The notes below the pieces were generated by a model, which worked only from the letters and a program-made list of their open reading frames with translations, was not told the DNA's origin and did not search any database. DNA of 64,000 bases from Eledone cirrhosa (Eukaryota): assembly GCA_964016885.1 (NCBI GenBank), contig OZ024752.1:18600001-18664000 (forward strand), read 5' to 3'. How positions within the stretch are numbered: position 1 is the stretch's first letter; every line of letters starts with the position of its first letter. The translations under genes were made by a program, and so were the position numbers. Of this stretch, positions 15,001-30,000 are shown piece after piece.

Positions 15001-18000
15001 CTGTGGTGTAGAAGTAGGTGAAAGACTAGTTGTGTGGTCATTGTGGTGTAGAATGTAGGTGAAAGACTAGTTGTGTGGTCACTGTGGTGTAGAAGTAGGT
15101 GAAAGACGTTGTGTGGTCACTGGTGTAGAATGTAGGTGAAAGACTAGTTGTGTGGTCACTGTGGTGTAGAAGTAGGTGAAAGACTAGTTGTGTGGTCACT
15201 GTGGTGTAGAATGTAGGTGAAAGGCTAGTTGTGTGGTCATTGTGGTTTATGTGAGTAGGTGAAAGACTAGTTGTGTGGTCACTGTGGTGTAGAAGTAGGT
15301 GAAAGACTAGTTGTGTGGTCACTGTGGTGTAGAATGTAGGTGAAAGGCTAGTTGTGTGGTCATTGTGGTTTATGTGAGTAGGTGAAAGACTAGTTGTGTG
15401 GTCACTGTGGTGTAGAAGTAGGTGAAAGACTAGTTGTGTGGTCACTGTGGTGTAGAATGTAGGTGAAAGACTAGTTGTGTGGTCACTGTGGTGTAGAATG
15501 TAGGTGAAAGACTAGTTGTGTGCTCATTGTGGTGTAGAATGTAGGTGAAAGACTAGTTGTGTGGTCACTGTGGTGTAGAAGTAGGTGAAAGACTAGTTGT
15601 GTGGTCACTGTGGTGTAGAATGTAGGTGAAAGACTAGTTGTGTGGTCATTGTGGCGTAGAATGTAGGTGAAAGACTAGTTGTGTGGTCACTGTGGTGTAG
15701 AATGTAGGTGAAAGGCTAGTTGTGTGGTCATTGTGGCGTAGAATGTAGGTGAAAGACTAGTTGTGTGGTCACTGTAGTGTAGAATGTAGGTGAAAGACTA
15801 GTTGTGTGGTCACTGTGGTGTAGAAGTAGGTGAAAGACTAGTTGTGTGGTCACTGTGGTGTAGAATGTAGGTGAAAGACTAGTTGTGTGGTCACTGTGGT
15901 GTAGAATGTAGGTGAAAGACTAGTTGTGTGGTCACTGTGGTATAGAAGTAGGTGAAAGACTTGTTGTGTGGTCACTGTGGTGTAGAATGTAGGTGAAAGA
16001 CTAGTTGTGTGGTCATTGTGGTGTAGAATGTAGGTGAAAGACTAGTTGTGTGGTCACTGTGGTGTAGAAGTAGGTGAAAGACTAGTTGTGTGGTCATTGT
16101 GGTGTAGAAATAGGTGAAAGACTAGTTTTGTGGTCACTGTGTCGTAGAATGTAGGTGAAAGACTAGTTGTGTGGTCACTGTGGTGTAGAAGTAGGTGAAA
16201 GAGTAGTTGTGTGGTCATTGTGGTGTAGAAGTAGGTGAAAGACTAGTTGTGTGGTCACTATGGCATAGAATGTAGGTGAAAGACTAGTTGTGTGGTCACT
16301 GTGGTGTAGAATGTAGGTGAAAGGCTAGTTGTGTGGTCATTGTGGCGTAGAATGTAGGTGAAAGACTAGTTGTGTGGTCACTGTAGTGTAGAATGTAGGT
16401 GAAAGACTAGTTGTGTGGTCATTGTGGTGTAGAAGTAGGTGAAAGACTAGTTGTGTGGTCACTGTGGTGTAGAAGTAGGTGAAAGACTAGTTGTGTGGTC
16501 ACTGTGGTGTAGAAGTAGGTGAAAGACTAGTTGTGTGGTCATTGTGGTGTAGAAGTAGGTGAAAGACTAGGTGTGTGGTCACTGTGGCGTAGAATGTAGG
16601 TGAAAGACTAGTTGTGTGGTCACTGTGGTGTAGAATGTAGTTGAAAGACCAGTTGTGTGGTCACTGTGGTGTAGAAGTAGGTGAAAGACTAGTTGTGTGG
16701 TCATTGTGGTGTAGAAGTAGGTGAAAGACTAGTTGTGTGGTCACTGTGGTGTAGAATGTAGGTGAAAGACTAGTTGTGTGGTCACTGTGGCGTAGAATGT
16801 AGGTGAAAGACTAGTTGTGTGGTCACTGTGGTGTAGAATGTAGTTGAAAGACTAGTTGTGTGGTCACTGTAGTGTAGAATGTAGGTGAAAGACTAGTTGT
16901 GTGGTCACTGTGGTGTAGAAGTAGGTGAAAGACTAGTTGTGTGGTCACTGTGGTGTAGAATGTAGGTGAAAGACTAGTTGTGTGGTCACTGTGGTGTAGA
17001 ATGTAGGTGAAAGACTAGTTGTGTGGTCACTGTGGCGTAGAATGTAGGTGAAAGACTAGTTGTGTGGTCACTGTGGTGTAGAATGTAGTTGAAAGACTAG
17101 TTGTGTGGTCACTGTAGTGTAGAATGTAGGTGAAAGACTAGTTGTGTGGTCACTGTGGTGTAGAAGTAGGTGAAAGACTAGTTGTGTGGTCACTGTGGTG
17201 TAGAATGTAGGTGAAAGACTAGTTGTGTGGTCACTGTGGTGTAGAATGTAGGTGAAAGACTAGTTGTGTGGTCACTGTGGTGTAGAATGTAGGTGAAAGA
17301 CTAGTTGTGTGGTCACTGTGGTGTAGAATGTAGGTGAAAGACTAGTTGTGTGGTCATTGTGGTGTAGAAGTAGGTGAAAGACTAGTTGTGTGGTCACTGT
17401 GGTGTAGAAGTAGGTGAAAGACTAGTTGTGTGGTCACTGTGGTGTAGAATGTAGGTGAAAGACTAGTTGTGTGGTCATTGTAGTGTAGAATGTAGGTGAA
17501 AGACTAGTTGTGTGGTCACTGTGGTGTAGAAGTAGGTGAAAGACTAGTTGTGTGGTCATTGTGGTGTAGAATGTAGGTGAAAGACTAGTCGTGTGGTCAC
17601 TGTGGTGTAGAAGTAGGTGAAAGACTAGTTGTGTGGTCATTGTGGTGTAGAATGTAGGTGAAAGACTAGTTGTGTGGTCACTGTGGTGTAGAAGTAGGTG
17701 AAAGACGTTGTGTGGTCACTGGTGTAGAATGTAGGTGAAAGACTAGTTGTGTGGTCACTGTGGTGTAGAAGTAGGTGAAAGACTAGTTGTGTGGTCACTG
17801 TGGTGTAGAATGTAGGTGAAAGGCTAGTTGTGTGGTCATTGTGGTTTATGTGAGTAGGTGAAAGACTAGTTGTGTGGTCACTGTGGTGTAGAAGTAGGTG
17901 AAAGACTAGTTGTGTGGTCACTGTGGTGTAGAATGTAGGTGAAAGACTAGTTGTGTGGTCACTGTGGTGTAGAATGTAGGTGAAAGACTAGTTGTGTGCT

Positions 18001-21000
18001 CATTGTGGTGTAGAATGTAGGTGAAAGACTAGTTGTGTGGTCACTGTGGTGTAGAAGTAGGTGAAAGACTAGTTGTGTGGTCACTGTGGTGTAGAATGTA
18101 GGTGAAAGACTAGTTGTGTGGTCATTGTGGCGTAGAATGTAGGTGAAAGACTAGTTGTGTGGTCACTGTGGTGTAGAATGTAGGTGAAAGGCTAGTTGTG
18201 TGGTCATTGTGGCGTAGAATGTAGGTGAAAGACTAGTTGTGTGGTCACTGTAGTGTAGAATGTAGGTGAAAGACTAGTTGTGTGGTCACTGTGGTGTAGA
18301 AGTAGGTGAAAGACTAGTTGTGTGGTCACTGTGGTGTAGAATGTAGGTGAAAGACTAGTTGTGTGGTCACTGTGGTGTAGAATGTAGGTGAAAGACTAGT
18401 TGTGTGGTCACTGTGGTATAGAAGTAGGTGAAAGACTTGTTGTGTGGTCACTGTGGTGTAGAATGTAGGTGAAAGACTAGTTGTGTGGTCATTGTGGTGT
18501 AGAATGTAGGTGAAAGACTAGTTGTGTGGTCACTGTGGTGTAGAAGTAGGTGAAAGACTAGTTGTGTGGTCATTGTGGTGTAGAAATAGGTGAAAGACTA
18601 GTTTTGTGGTCACTGTGTCGTAGAATGTAGGTGAAAGACTAGTTGTGTGGTCACTGTGGTGTAGAAGTAGGTGAAAGAGTAGTTGTGTGGTCATTGTGGT
18701 GTAGAAGTAGGTGAAAGACTAGTTGTGTGGTCACTATGGCATAGAATGTAGGTGAAAGACTAGTTGTGTGGTCACTGTGGTGTAGAATGTAGGTGAAAGG
18801 CTAGTTGTGTGGTCATTGTGGCGTAGAATGTAGGTGAAAGACTAGTTGTGTGGTCACTGTAGTGTAGAATGTAGGTGAAAGACTAGTTGTGTGGTCATTG
18901 TGGTGTAGAAGTAGGTGAAAGACTAGTTGTGTGGTCACTGTGGTGTAGAAGTAGGTGAAAGACTAGTTGTGTGGTCACTGTGGTGTAGAAGTAGGTGAAA
19001 GACTAGTTGTGTGGTCATTGTGGTGTAGAAGTAGGTGAAAGACTAGGTGTGTGGTCACTGTGGCGTAGAATGTAGGTGAAAGACTAGTTGTGTGGTCACT
19101 GTGGTGTAGAATGTAGTTGAAAGACCAGTTGTGTGGTCACTGTGGTGTAGAAGTAGGTGAAAGACTAGTTGTGTGGTCATTGTGGTGTAGAAGTAGGTGA
19201 AAGACTAGTTGTGTGGTCACTGTGGTGTAGAATGTAGGTGAAAGACTAGTTGTGTGGTCACTGTGGCGTAGAATGTAGGTGAAAGACTAGTTGTGTGGTC
19301 ACTGTGGTGTAGAATGTAGTTGAAAGACTAGTTGTGTGGTCACTGTAGTGTAGAATGTAGGTGAAAGACTAGTTGTGTGGTCACTGTGGTGTAGAAGTAG
19401 GTGAAAGACTAGTTGTGTGGTCACTGTGGTGTAGAATGTAGGTGAAAGACTAGTTGTGTGGTCACTGTGGTGTAGAATGTAGGTGAAAGACTAGCTGTGT
19501 GGTCACTGTGGTGTAGAAGCAGGTGAAAGACTAGTTGTGTGGTCACTGTGGTGTAGAATGTAGGTGAAAGACTAGTTGTGTGGTCATTGTGGTGTAGAAT
19601 GTAGGTGAAAGACTAGTTGTGTGGTCACTGTGGTGTCGAAGTCGGTGAAAGACTAGTTGTGTGGTCATTGTGGTGTAGAAGTAGGTGAAAGACTAGTTGT
19701 GTGGTCACTGTGGCGTAGAATGTAGGTGAAAGACTAGTTGTGTTGTCACTGTGGTGTAGAATGTAGGTGAAAGACTAGTTGTGTGGTCACTGTGTGTAGA
19801 AGTAGGTGAAAGACTAGTTGTGTGGTCACTGTGGTGTAGAAGTAGGTGAAAGACTAGTTGTGTGGTCACTGTGGTGTAGAATGTAGGTGAAAGACTAGTT
19901 GTGTGGTCACTGTGGTGTAGAAGTAGGTGAAAGACTAGTTGTGTGGTCACTGTGGTGTAGAATGTAGGTGAAAGACTAGTTGTGTGGTCATTGTGGTTTA
20001 TGTGAGTAGGTGAAAGACTAGTTGTGTGGTCACTGTGGTGTAGAAGTAGGTGAAAGACTAGTTGTGTGGTCACTGTGGTGTAGAATGTAGGTGAAAGACT
20101 AGTTGTGTGGTCACTGTGGTGTAGAATGTAGGTGAAAGACTAGCTGTGTGGTCACTGTGGTGTAGAAGCAGGTGAAAGACTAGTTGTGTGGTCACTGTGG
20201 TGTAGAATGTAGGTGAAAGACTAGTTGTGTGGTTATTGTGGTGTAGAATGTAGGTGAAAGACTAGTTGTGTGGTCACTGTGGTGTCGAAGTCGGTGAAAG
20301 ACTAGTTGTGTGGTCATTGTGGTGTAGAAGTAGGTGAAAGACTAGTTGTGTGGTCACTGTGGCGTAGAATGTAGGTGAAAGACTAGTTGTGTTGTCACTG
20401 TGGTGTAGAATGTAGGTGAAAGACTAGTTGTGTGGTCATTGTGATGTAGAAGTAGGTGAAAGACTAGTTGTGTGGTCATTGTGGTGTAGAAGTAGGTGAA
20501 AGACTAGTTGTGTGGTCACTGTGGCGTAGAATGTAGGTGAAAGACTAGTTGTGTGGTCACTGTGGTGTAGAATGTAGGTGAAAGACTAGTTGTGTGGTCA
20601 TTGTGGTGTAGAAGTAGGTGAAAGACTAGTTGTGTGGTCACTGTGGTGTAGAAGTAGGTGAAAGACTAGTTGTGTGGTCACTGTGGTGTAGAATGTAGGT
20701 GAAAGACTAGTTGTGTGGTCATTGTAGTGTAGAATGTAGGTGAAAGACTAGTTGTGTGGTCACTGTGGTGTAGAAGTAGGTGAAAGACTAGTTGTGTGGT
20801 CATTGTGGTGTAGAATGTAGGTGAAAGACTAGTCGTGTGGTCACTGTGGTGTAGAAGTAGGTGAAAGACTAGTTGTGTGGTCATTGTGGTGTAGAATGTA
20901 GGTGAAAGACTAGTTGTGTGGTCACTGTGGTGTAGAAGTAGGTGAAAGACGTTGTGTGGTCACTGGTGTAGAAGTAGGTGAAAGACTAGTTGTGTGGTCA

Positions 21001-24000
21001 CTGTGGTGTAGAAGTAGGTGAAAGACTAGTTGTGTGGTCACTGTGGTGTAGAATGTAGGTGAAAGACTAGTTGTGTGGTCACTGTGGTGTAGAAGTAGGT
21101 GAAAGACTAGTTGTGTGGTCACTGTGGTGTAGAATGTAGGTGAAAGGCTAGTTGTGTGGTCATTGTGGTTTATGTGAGTAGGTGAAAGACTAGTTGTGTG
21201 GTCACTGTGGTGTAGAAGCAGGTGAAAGACTAGTTGTGTGGTCACTGTGGTGTAGAATGTAGGTGAAAGGCTAGTTGTGTGGTCATTGTGGTTTATGTGA
21301 GTAGGTGAAAGACTAGTTGTGTGGTCACTGTGGTGTAGAAGTAGGTGAAAGACTAGTTGTGTGGTCACTGTGGTGTAGAATGTAGGTGAAAGACTAGTTG
21401 TGTGGTCACTGTGGTGTAGAAGTAGGTGAAAGACTAGTTGTGTGGTCATTGTGGTGTAGAAATAGGTGAAAGACTAGTTTTGTGGTCACTGTGTCGTAGA
21501 ATGTAGGTGAAAGACTAGTTGTGTGGTCACTGTGGTGTAGAAGTAGGTGAAAGAGTAGTTGTGTGGTCATTGTGGTGTAGAAGTAGGTGAAAGACTAGTT
21601 GTGTGGTCACTATGGCATAGAATGTAGGTGAAAGACTAGTTGTGTGGTCACTGTGGTGTAGAATGTAGGTGAAAGGCTAGTTGTGTGGTCATTGTGGCGT
21701 AGAATGTAGGTGAAAGACTAGTTGTGTGGTCACTGTAGTGTAGAATGTAGGTGAAAGACTAGTTGTGTGGTCATTGTGGTGTAGAAGTAGGTGAAAGACT
21801 AGTTGTGTGGTCACTGTGGTGTAGAAGTAGGTGAAAGACTAGTTGTGTGGTCACTGTGGTGTAGAAGTAGGTGAAAGACTAGTTGTGTGGTCATTGTGGT
21901 GTAGAAGTAGGTGAAAGACTAGGTGTGTGGTCACTGTGGCGTAGAATGTAGGTGAAAGACTAGTTGTGTGGTCACTGTGGTGTAGAATGTAGTTGAAAGA
22001 CCAGTTGTGTGGTCACTGTGGTGTAGAAGTATGTGAAAGACTAGTTGTGTGGTCATTGTGGTTTAGAAGTAGGTGAAAGACTAGTTGTGTGGTCACTGTG
22101 GTGTAGAATGTAGGTGAAAGACTAGTTGTGTGGTCACTGTGGCGTAGAATGTAGGTGAAAGACTAGTTGTGTGGTCACTGTGGTGTAGAATGTAGTTGAA
22201 AGACTAGTTGTGTGGTCACTGTGGTGTAGAAGTAGGTGAAAGACTAGTTGTGTGGTCATTGTGGTGTAGAAGTAGGTGAAAGACTAGTTGTGTGGTCACT
22301 GTGGTGTAGAATGTAGGTGAAAGACTAGTTGTGTGGTCACTGTGGTGTAGAATGTAGGTGAAAGACTAGTTGTGTGGTCACTGTGGCGTAGAATGTAGGT
22401 GAAAGACTAGTTGTGTGGTCACTGTGGTGTAGAATGTAGGTGAAAGACTAGTTGTGTGGTCACTGTGGTGTAGAAGTAGGTGAAAGACTAGTTGTGTGGT
22501 CATTGTGGTGTAGAAGTAGGTGAAAGACTAGTTGTGTGGTCATTGTGGTGTAGAAGTAGGTGAAAGACTAGTTGTGTGGTCATTGTGGTGTAGAAGTAGG
22601 TGAAAGACTAGTTGTGTGGTCACTGTGGTGTAGAATGTAGGTGAAAGACTAGTTGTGTGGTCACTGTGGTGTAGAATGTAGGTGAAAGACTAGTTGTGTG
22701 GTCACTGTGGTGTACAAGTAGGTAAAAGAAGTTGTGTGGTCACTGTGTTGTAGAAGTAGGTGAAAGACTAGTTGTGTGGTCACTGTGGTATAGAATGTAG
22801 GTGAAAGTCTAGTTGTGTGGTCGTTGTGGCGTAGAATGTAGGTGAAAGACTAGTTGTGTGGTCACTGTGGTGTAGAAGTAGGTGAAAGACTAGTTGTGTG
22901 GTCATTGTGGTGTAGAAGTAGGTGAAAGACTAGTTGTGTGGTCATCGTGGTGTAGAAGTAGGTGAAAGACTAGTTGTGTGGTCACTGTGGTGTAGAATGT
23001 AGGTGAAAGACTAGTTGTGTGGTTACTGGGTGTAGAATGTAGGTGAAAGACTAGTTGTGTGGTCATTGTGGTGTAGAAGTAGGTGAATGACTAGTTGTGT
23101 GGTCACTGTGGTGTAGAATGTAGGTGAAAGGCTAGTTGTGTGGTCATTGTGGCGTAGAATGTAGGTGAAAGACTAGTTGTGTGGTGACTGTAGTGTAGAA
23201 TGTAGGTGAAAGACTAGTTGTGTGGTCACTGTGGTGTAGAAGTAGGTGAAAGACTAGTTGTGTGGTCACTGTGGTGTAGAATGTATGTGAAAGACTAGTT
23301 GTGTGGTCACTGTGGTGTAGAATGTAGGTGAAAGACTAGTTGTGTGGTCACTGTGGTGTAGAATGTAGGTGAAAGACTAGTTGTGTGGTCACTGTGGTGT
23401 AGAATGTAGGTGAAAGACTAGTTGTGTGGTTACTGGGTGTAGAATGTAGGTGAAAGACTAGTTGTGTGGTCATTGTGGTGTAGAAGTAGGTGAAAGACTA
23501 GTTGTGTGGTCACTGTGGTGTAGAATGTAGGTGAAAGGCTAGTTGTGTGGTCATTGTGGCGTAGAATGTAGGTGAAAGACTAGTTGTGTGGTCACTGTAG
23601 TGTAGAATGTAGGTGAAAGACTAGTTGTGTGGTCACTGTGGTGTAGAAGTAGGTGAAAGACTAGTTGTGTGGTCACTGTGGTGTAGAATGTAGGTGAAAG
23701 ACTAGTTGTGTGGTCACTGTGGTGTAGAATGTAGGTGAAAGACTAGTTGTGTGGTCACTGTGGTGTAGAAGTAGGTGAAAGACTAGTTGTGTGGTCACTG
23801 TGGTGTAGAATGTAGGTGAAAGACTAGTTGTGTGGTCATTGTGGTGTAGAATGTAGGTGAAAGACTAGTTGTGTGGTCACTGTGGTGTAGAAGTCAGTGA
23901 AAGACTAGTTGTGTGGTCATTGTGGTGTAGAAGTAGGTGAAAGACTAGTTGTGTGGTCACTGTGGCGTAGAATGTAGGTGAAAGACTAGTTGTGTTGTCA

Positions 24001-27000
24001 CTGTGGTGTAGAATGTAGGTGAAAGACTAGTTGTGTGGTCACTGTGGTGTAGAAGTAGGTGAAAGACTAGTTGTGTGGTCATTGTGGTGTAGAAGTAGGT
24101 GAAAGACTAGTTGTGTGGTCATTGTGGTGTAGAAGTAGGTGAAAGACTAGTTGTGTGGTCACTGTGGCGTAGAATGTAGGTGAAAGACTAGTTGTGTGGT
24201 CACTGTGGTGTAGAATGTAGGTGAAAGACTAGTTGTGTGGTCACTGTGGTGTAGAAGTAGGTGAAAGACTAGTTGTGTGGTCATTGTGGTGTAGAAGTAG
24301 GTGAAAGACTAGTTGTGTGGTCATTGTGGTGTAGAAGTAGGTGAAAGACTAGTTGTGTGGTCACTGTGGTGTAGAATGTAGGTGAAAGACTAGTTGTGTG
24401 GTCACTGTGGTGTAGAAGTAGGTGAAAGACTAGTTGTGTTGTCACTGTGGTGTAGAATGTAGGTGAAAGACTAGTTGTGTGGTCACTGTGGTGTAGAATG
24501 TAGGTGAAAGACTAGTTGTGTGGTCATTGTGGTGTAGAAGTAGGTGAAAGACTAGTTGTGTGGTCACTGTGGCGTAGAATGTAGGTGAAAGACTAGTTGT
24601 GTGGTCACTGTGGTGTAGAATGAAGTTGACAGACTAGTTGTGTGGTCACTGTGGTGTAGAATGTAGGTGAAAGACTAGTTGTGTGGTCACTGTGGTGTAG
24701 AATGTAGGTGAAAGACTAGTTGTGTGGTCATTGTGGTGTAGAATGTAGGTGAAAGACTAGTTGTGTGGTCACTGTGGTGTAGAAGTAGGTGAAAGACTAG
24801 TTGTGTGGTCATTGTGGTGTAGAAGTAGGTGAAAGACTAGTTGTGTGGTCACTATGGTGTAGAATGTAGGTGAAAGACTAGTTGTGTGGTCACTGTGGCG
24901 TAGAATGTAGGTGAAGTCTAGTTGTGTGGTCACTGTGGTGTAGAATGTAGGTGAAAGACTAGTTGTGTGGTCACTGTGGTGTAGAAGTAGGTGAAAGACG
25001 TTGTGTGGTCACTGTGGTGTAGAATGTAGGTGAAAGATTAGTTGTGTGGTCACTGTGGTGTAGAATGTAGGTGAAAGAAGTTGTGTCGTCACTGTGGTGT
25101 AGAAGTAGGTGAAAGACGTTGTGTGGTCACTGTGGTGTAGAATGTAGGTGAAAGACTAGTTGTGTGGTCACTGTGGTGTAGAATGTAGGTGAAAGACTAG
25201 TTGTGTGGTCACTGTGGTGTAGAATCTAGGTGAAAGACTAGTTGTGTGGTCACTGGGTGTAGAATGTAGGTGAAAGACTAGTTGTGTGGTCATTGTGGTG
25301 TAGAAGTAGGTGAAAGACTAGTTGTGTGGTCACTGTGGTGTAGAATGTAGGTGAAAGGCTAGTTGTGTGGTCATTGTGGCGTAGAATGTAGGTGAAAGAC
25401 TAGTTGTGTGGTCACTGTAGTGTAGAATGTAGGTGAAAGACTAGTTGTGTGGTCACTGTGGTGTAGAAGTAGGTGAAAGACTAGTTGTGTGGTCACTGTG
25501 GTGTAGAATGTAGGTGAAAGACTAGTTGTGTGGTCATTGTGGTGTAGAATGTAGGTGAAAGACTAGTTGTGTGGTCACTGTGGTGTAGAAGTAGGTGAAA
25601 GACTAGTTGTGTGGTCATTGTGGTGTAGAAGTAGGTGAAAGACTAGTTGTGTGGTCACTGTGGCGTAGAATGTAGGTGAAAGACTAGTTGTGTGGTCACT
25701 GTGGTGTAGAATGTAGGTGAAAGACTAGTTGTGTGGTCACTGTGGTGTAGAATGTAGGTGAAAGACTAGTTGTGTGGTCATTGTGGTGTAGAAGTAGGTG
25801 AAAGACTAGTTGTGTGGTCACTGTGGTGTAGAAGTAGGTGAAAGACTAGTTGTGTGGTCACTGTGGTGTAGAATGTAGGTGAAAGACTAGTTGTGTGGTC
25901 ACTGTGGTGTAGAATGTAGGTGAAAGACTAGTTGTGTGGTCATTGTGGTGTAGAATATAGGTGAAAGACTAGTTGTGTGGTCACTGTGGTGTAGAAGTAG
26001 GTGAAAGACTAGTTGTGTGGTCATTGTGGTGCAGAAGTAGGTGAAAGACTAGTTGTGTGGTCATTGTGGTGTAGAAGTAGGTGAAAGACTAGTTGTGTGG
26101 TCACTGTAGTGTAGAATGTAGGTGAAAGACTAGTTGTGTGGTCACTGTGGTGTAGAATGTAGGTGAAAGACTAGTTGTGTGGTCACTTAGGTGTAGAATG
26201 TAGGTGAAAGACTAGTTGTGTGGTCATTGTGGTGTAGAATGTAGGTGAAAGACTAGTTGTGTGGTCACTGTGGTGTAGAAGTAGGTGAAAGACTAGTTGT
26301 GTGGTCATTGTGGTGTAGAAGTAGGTGAAAGTCTAGTTGTGTGGTCACTGTGGTGTAGAATGTAGGTGAATGACTAGTTGTGTGGTCACTGTGGTGTAGA
26401 ATATAGGTGAAAGACTAGTTGTGTGGTCACTGTGGTGTAGAATGTAGGTGAAAGACTAGTTGTGTGGTCATTGTGGTGTAGAATGTAGGTGAAAGACTAG
26501 TTGTGTGGTCACTGTGGTGTAGAAGTAGGTGAAAGACTAGTTGTGTGGTCACTGTGGTGTAGAATGTAGGTGAAAGACTAGTTGTGTGGTCACTGTGGTG
26601 TAGAATGTAGGTGAAAGACTAGTTGTGTGGTCATTGTGGTGTAGAAGTAGGTGAAAGACTAGTTGTGTAGTCACTGTGGTGTAGAATGTAGGTGAAAGAC
26701 TAGTTGTGTGGTCACTGTGGTGTAGAATGTAGGTGAAAGACTAGTTGTGTGGTCACTGTGGTGTAGAATGTAGGTGAAAGACTAGTTGTGTGGTCACTGT
26801 GGTGTAGAATGTAGGTGAAAGACTAGTTGTGTGGTCACTGTGGTGTAGAATGTAGGTGAAAGACTAGTTGTGTGGTCATTGTGGTGTAGAATGTAGGTGA
26901 AAGACTAGTTGTGTGGTCACTGTGGTGTAGAAGTAGGTGAAAGACTAGTTGTGTGGTCATTGTGGTGTAGAAGTAGGTGAAAGACTAGTTGTGTGGTAAC

Positions 27001-30000
27001 TATGGTGTAGAATGTAGGTGAAAGACTAGTTGTGTGGTCACTGTGGTGTAGAATGTAGGTGAAAGACTAGTTGTGTGGTCACTGTGGTGTAGAAGTAGGT
27101 GAAAGACGTTGCGTGGTCACTGTGGTGTAGAATAATAGGTGAAAGATTAGTTGTGTGGTCACTGTGGTGTAGAATGTAGGTGAAAGAAGTTGTGTGGTCA
27201 CTGTGGTGTAGAATGTAGGTGAAAGACTAGTTGTGTGGTCATTGTGGTGTAGAAGTAGGTGAAAGACTAGTTGTGTAGTCACTGTGGTGTAGAATGTAGG
27301 TGAAAGACTAGTTGTGTGGTCACTGTGGTGTAGAATGTAGGTGAAAGACTAGTTGTGTGGTCACTGTGGTGTAGAATGTAGGTGAAAGACTAGTTGTGTG
27401 GTCACTGTGGTGTAGAATGTAGGTGAAAGACTAGTTGTGTGGTCACTGTGGTGTAGAATGTAGGTGAAAGACTAGTTGTGTGGTCATTGTGGTGTAGAAT
27501 GTAGGTGAAAGACTAGTTGTGTGGTCACTGTGGTGTAGAAGTAGGTGAAAGACTAGTTGTGTGGTCATTGTGGTGTAGAAGTAGGTGAAAGACTAGTTGT
27601 GTGGTAACTATGGTGTAGAATGTAGGTGAAAGACTAGTTGTGTGGTCACTGTGGTGTAGAATGTAGGTGAAAGACTAGTTGTGTGGTCACTGTGGTGTAG
27701 AAGTAGGTGAAAGACGTTGCGTGGTCACTGTGGTGTAGAATGTAGGTGAAAGATTAGTTGTGTGGTCACTGTGGTGTAGAATGTAGGTGAAAGAAGTTGT
27801 GTGGTCACTGTGGTGTAGAAGTAGGTGAAAGACGTGTGGTCACTGTGGTGTAGAATGTAGGTGAAAGACTAGTTGTGTGGTCACTGTGGTGTAGAATGTA
27901 GGTGAAAGACTAGTTGTGTGGTCACTGTGGTGTAGAATGTAGGTGAAAGACTAGTTGTGTGGTCACTGGGTGTAGAATGTAGGTGAAAGACTAGTTGTGT
28001 GGTCATTGTGGTGTAGAAGTAGGTGAAAGACTAGTTGTGTGGTCACTGTGGTGTAGAATGTAGGTGAAAGGCTAGTTGTGTGGTCATTGTGGCGTAGAAT
28101 GTAGGTGAAAGACTAGTTGTGTGGTCACTGTAGTGTAGAATGTAGGTGAAAGACTAGTTGTGTGGTCACTGTGGTGTAGAAGTAGGTGAAAGACTAGTTG
28201 TGTGGTCACTGTGGTGTAGAATGTAGGTGAAAGACTAGTTGTGTGGTCATTGTGGTGTAGAATGTAGGTGAAAGACTAGTTGTGTGGTCACTGTGGTGTA
28301 GAAGTAGGTGAAAGACTAGTTGTGTGGTCATTGTGGTGTAGAAGTAGGTGAAAGACTAGTTGTGTGGTCACTGTGGCGTAGAATGTAGGTGAAAGACTAG
28401 TTGTGTGGTCACTGTGGTGTAGAATGTAGGTGAAAGACTAGTTGTGTGGTCACTGTGGTGTAGAAGTAGGTGAAAGACTAGTTGTGTTGTCATTGTGGTG
28501 TAGAAGTAGGTGAAAGACTAGTTGTGTGGTCATTGTGGTGTAGAAGTAGGTGAAAGACTAGTTGTGTGGTCACTGTGGTGTAGAATGTAGGTGAAAGACT
28601 AGTTGTGTGGTCATTGTGGTGTAGAATGTAGGTGAAAGACTAGTTGTGTGGTCACTGTGGTGTAGAAGTAGGTGAAAGACTAGTTGTGTGGTCATTGTGG
28701 TGTAGAAGTAGGTGAAAGACTAGTTGTGTGGTCATTGTGGTGTAGAAGTAGGTGAAAGACTAGTTGTGTGGTCACTGTAGTGTAGAATGTAGGTGAAAGA
28801 CTAGTTGTGTGGTCACTGTGGTGTAGAATGTAGGTGAAAGACTAGTTGTGTGGTCACTGTGGTGTAGAATGTAGGTGAAAGACTAGTTGTGTGGTCATTG
28901 TGGTGTAGAATGTAGGTGAAAGACTAGTTGTGTGATCACTGTGGTGTAGAAGTAGGTGAAAGACTAGTTGTGTGGTCATTGTGGTGTAGAAGTAGGTGAA
29001 AGACTAGTTGTGTGGTCACTGTGGTGTAGAATGTAGGTGAATGACTAGTTGTGTGGTCACTGTGGTGTAGAATATAGGTGAAAGACTAGTTGTGTGGTCA
29101 CTGTGGTGTAGAATGTAGGTGAAAGACTAGTTGTGTGGTCATTGTGGTGTAGAATGTAGGTGAAAGACTAGTTGTGTGGTCACTGTGGTGTAGAAGTAGG
29201 TGAAAGACTAGTTGTGTGGTCACTGTGGTGTAGAAGTAGGTGAAAGACTAGTTGTGTGGTCACTGTGGTGTAGAATGTAGGTGAAAGACTAGTTGTGTGG
29301 TCATTGTGGTGTAGAATGTAGGTGAAAGACTAGTTGTGTGGTCACTGTGGTGTAGAAGTAGGTGAAAGACTAGTTGTGTGTTCATTGTGGTGTAGAAGTA
29401 GGTGAAAGACTAGTTGTGTGGTCACTGTGGTGTAGAATGTAGGTGAAAGACTAGTTGTGTGGTCATTGTGGTGTAGAATGTAGGTGAAAGACTAGTTGTG
29501 TGGTCACTGTGGTGTAGAAGTAGGTGAAAGACTAGTTGTGTGGTCATTGTGGTGTAGAAGTAGGTGAAAGACTAGTTGTGTGGTAACTATGGTGTAGAAT
29601 GTAGGTGAAAGACTAGTTGTGTGGTCACTGTGGTGTAGAATGTAGGTGAAAGACTAGTTGTGTGGTCACTGTGGTGTAGAAGTAGGTGAAAGACGTTGCG
29701 TGGTCACTGTGGTGTAGAATGTAGGTGAAAGATTAGTTGTGTGGTCACTGTGGTGTAGAATGTAGGTGAAAGAAGTTGTGTGGTCACTGTGGTGTAGAAG
29801 TAGGTGAAAGACGTGTGGTCACTGTGGTGTAGAATGTAGGTGAAAGACTAGTTGTGTGGTCACTGTGGTGTAGAATGTAGGTGAAAGACTAGTTGTATGG
29901 TCACTGTGGTGTAGAATGTAGGTGAAAGACTAGTTGTGTGGTCACTGGGTGTAGAATGTAGGTGAAAGACTAGTTGTGTGGTCATTGTGGTGTAGAAGTA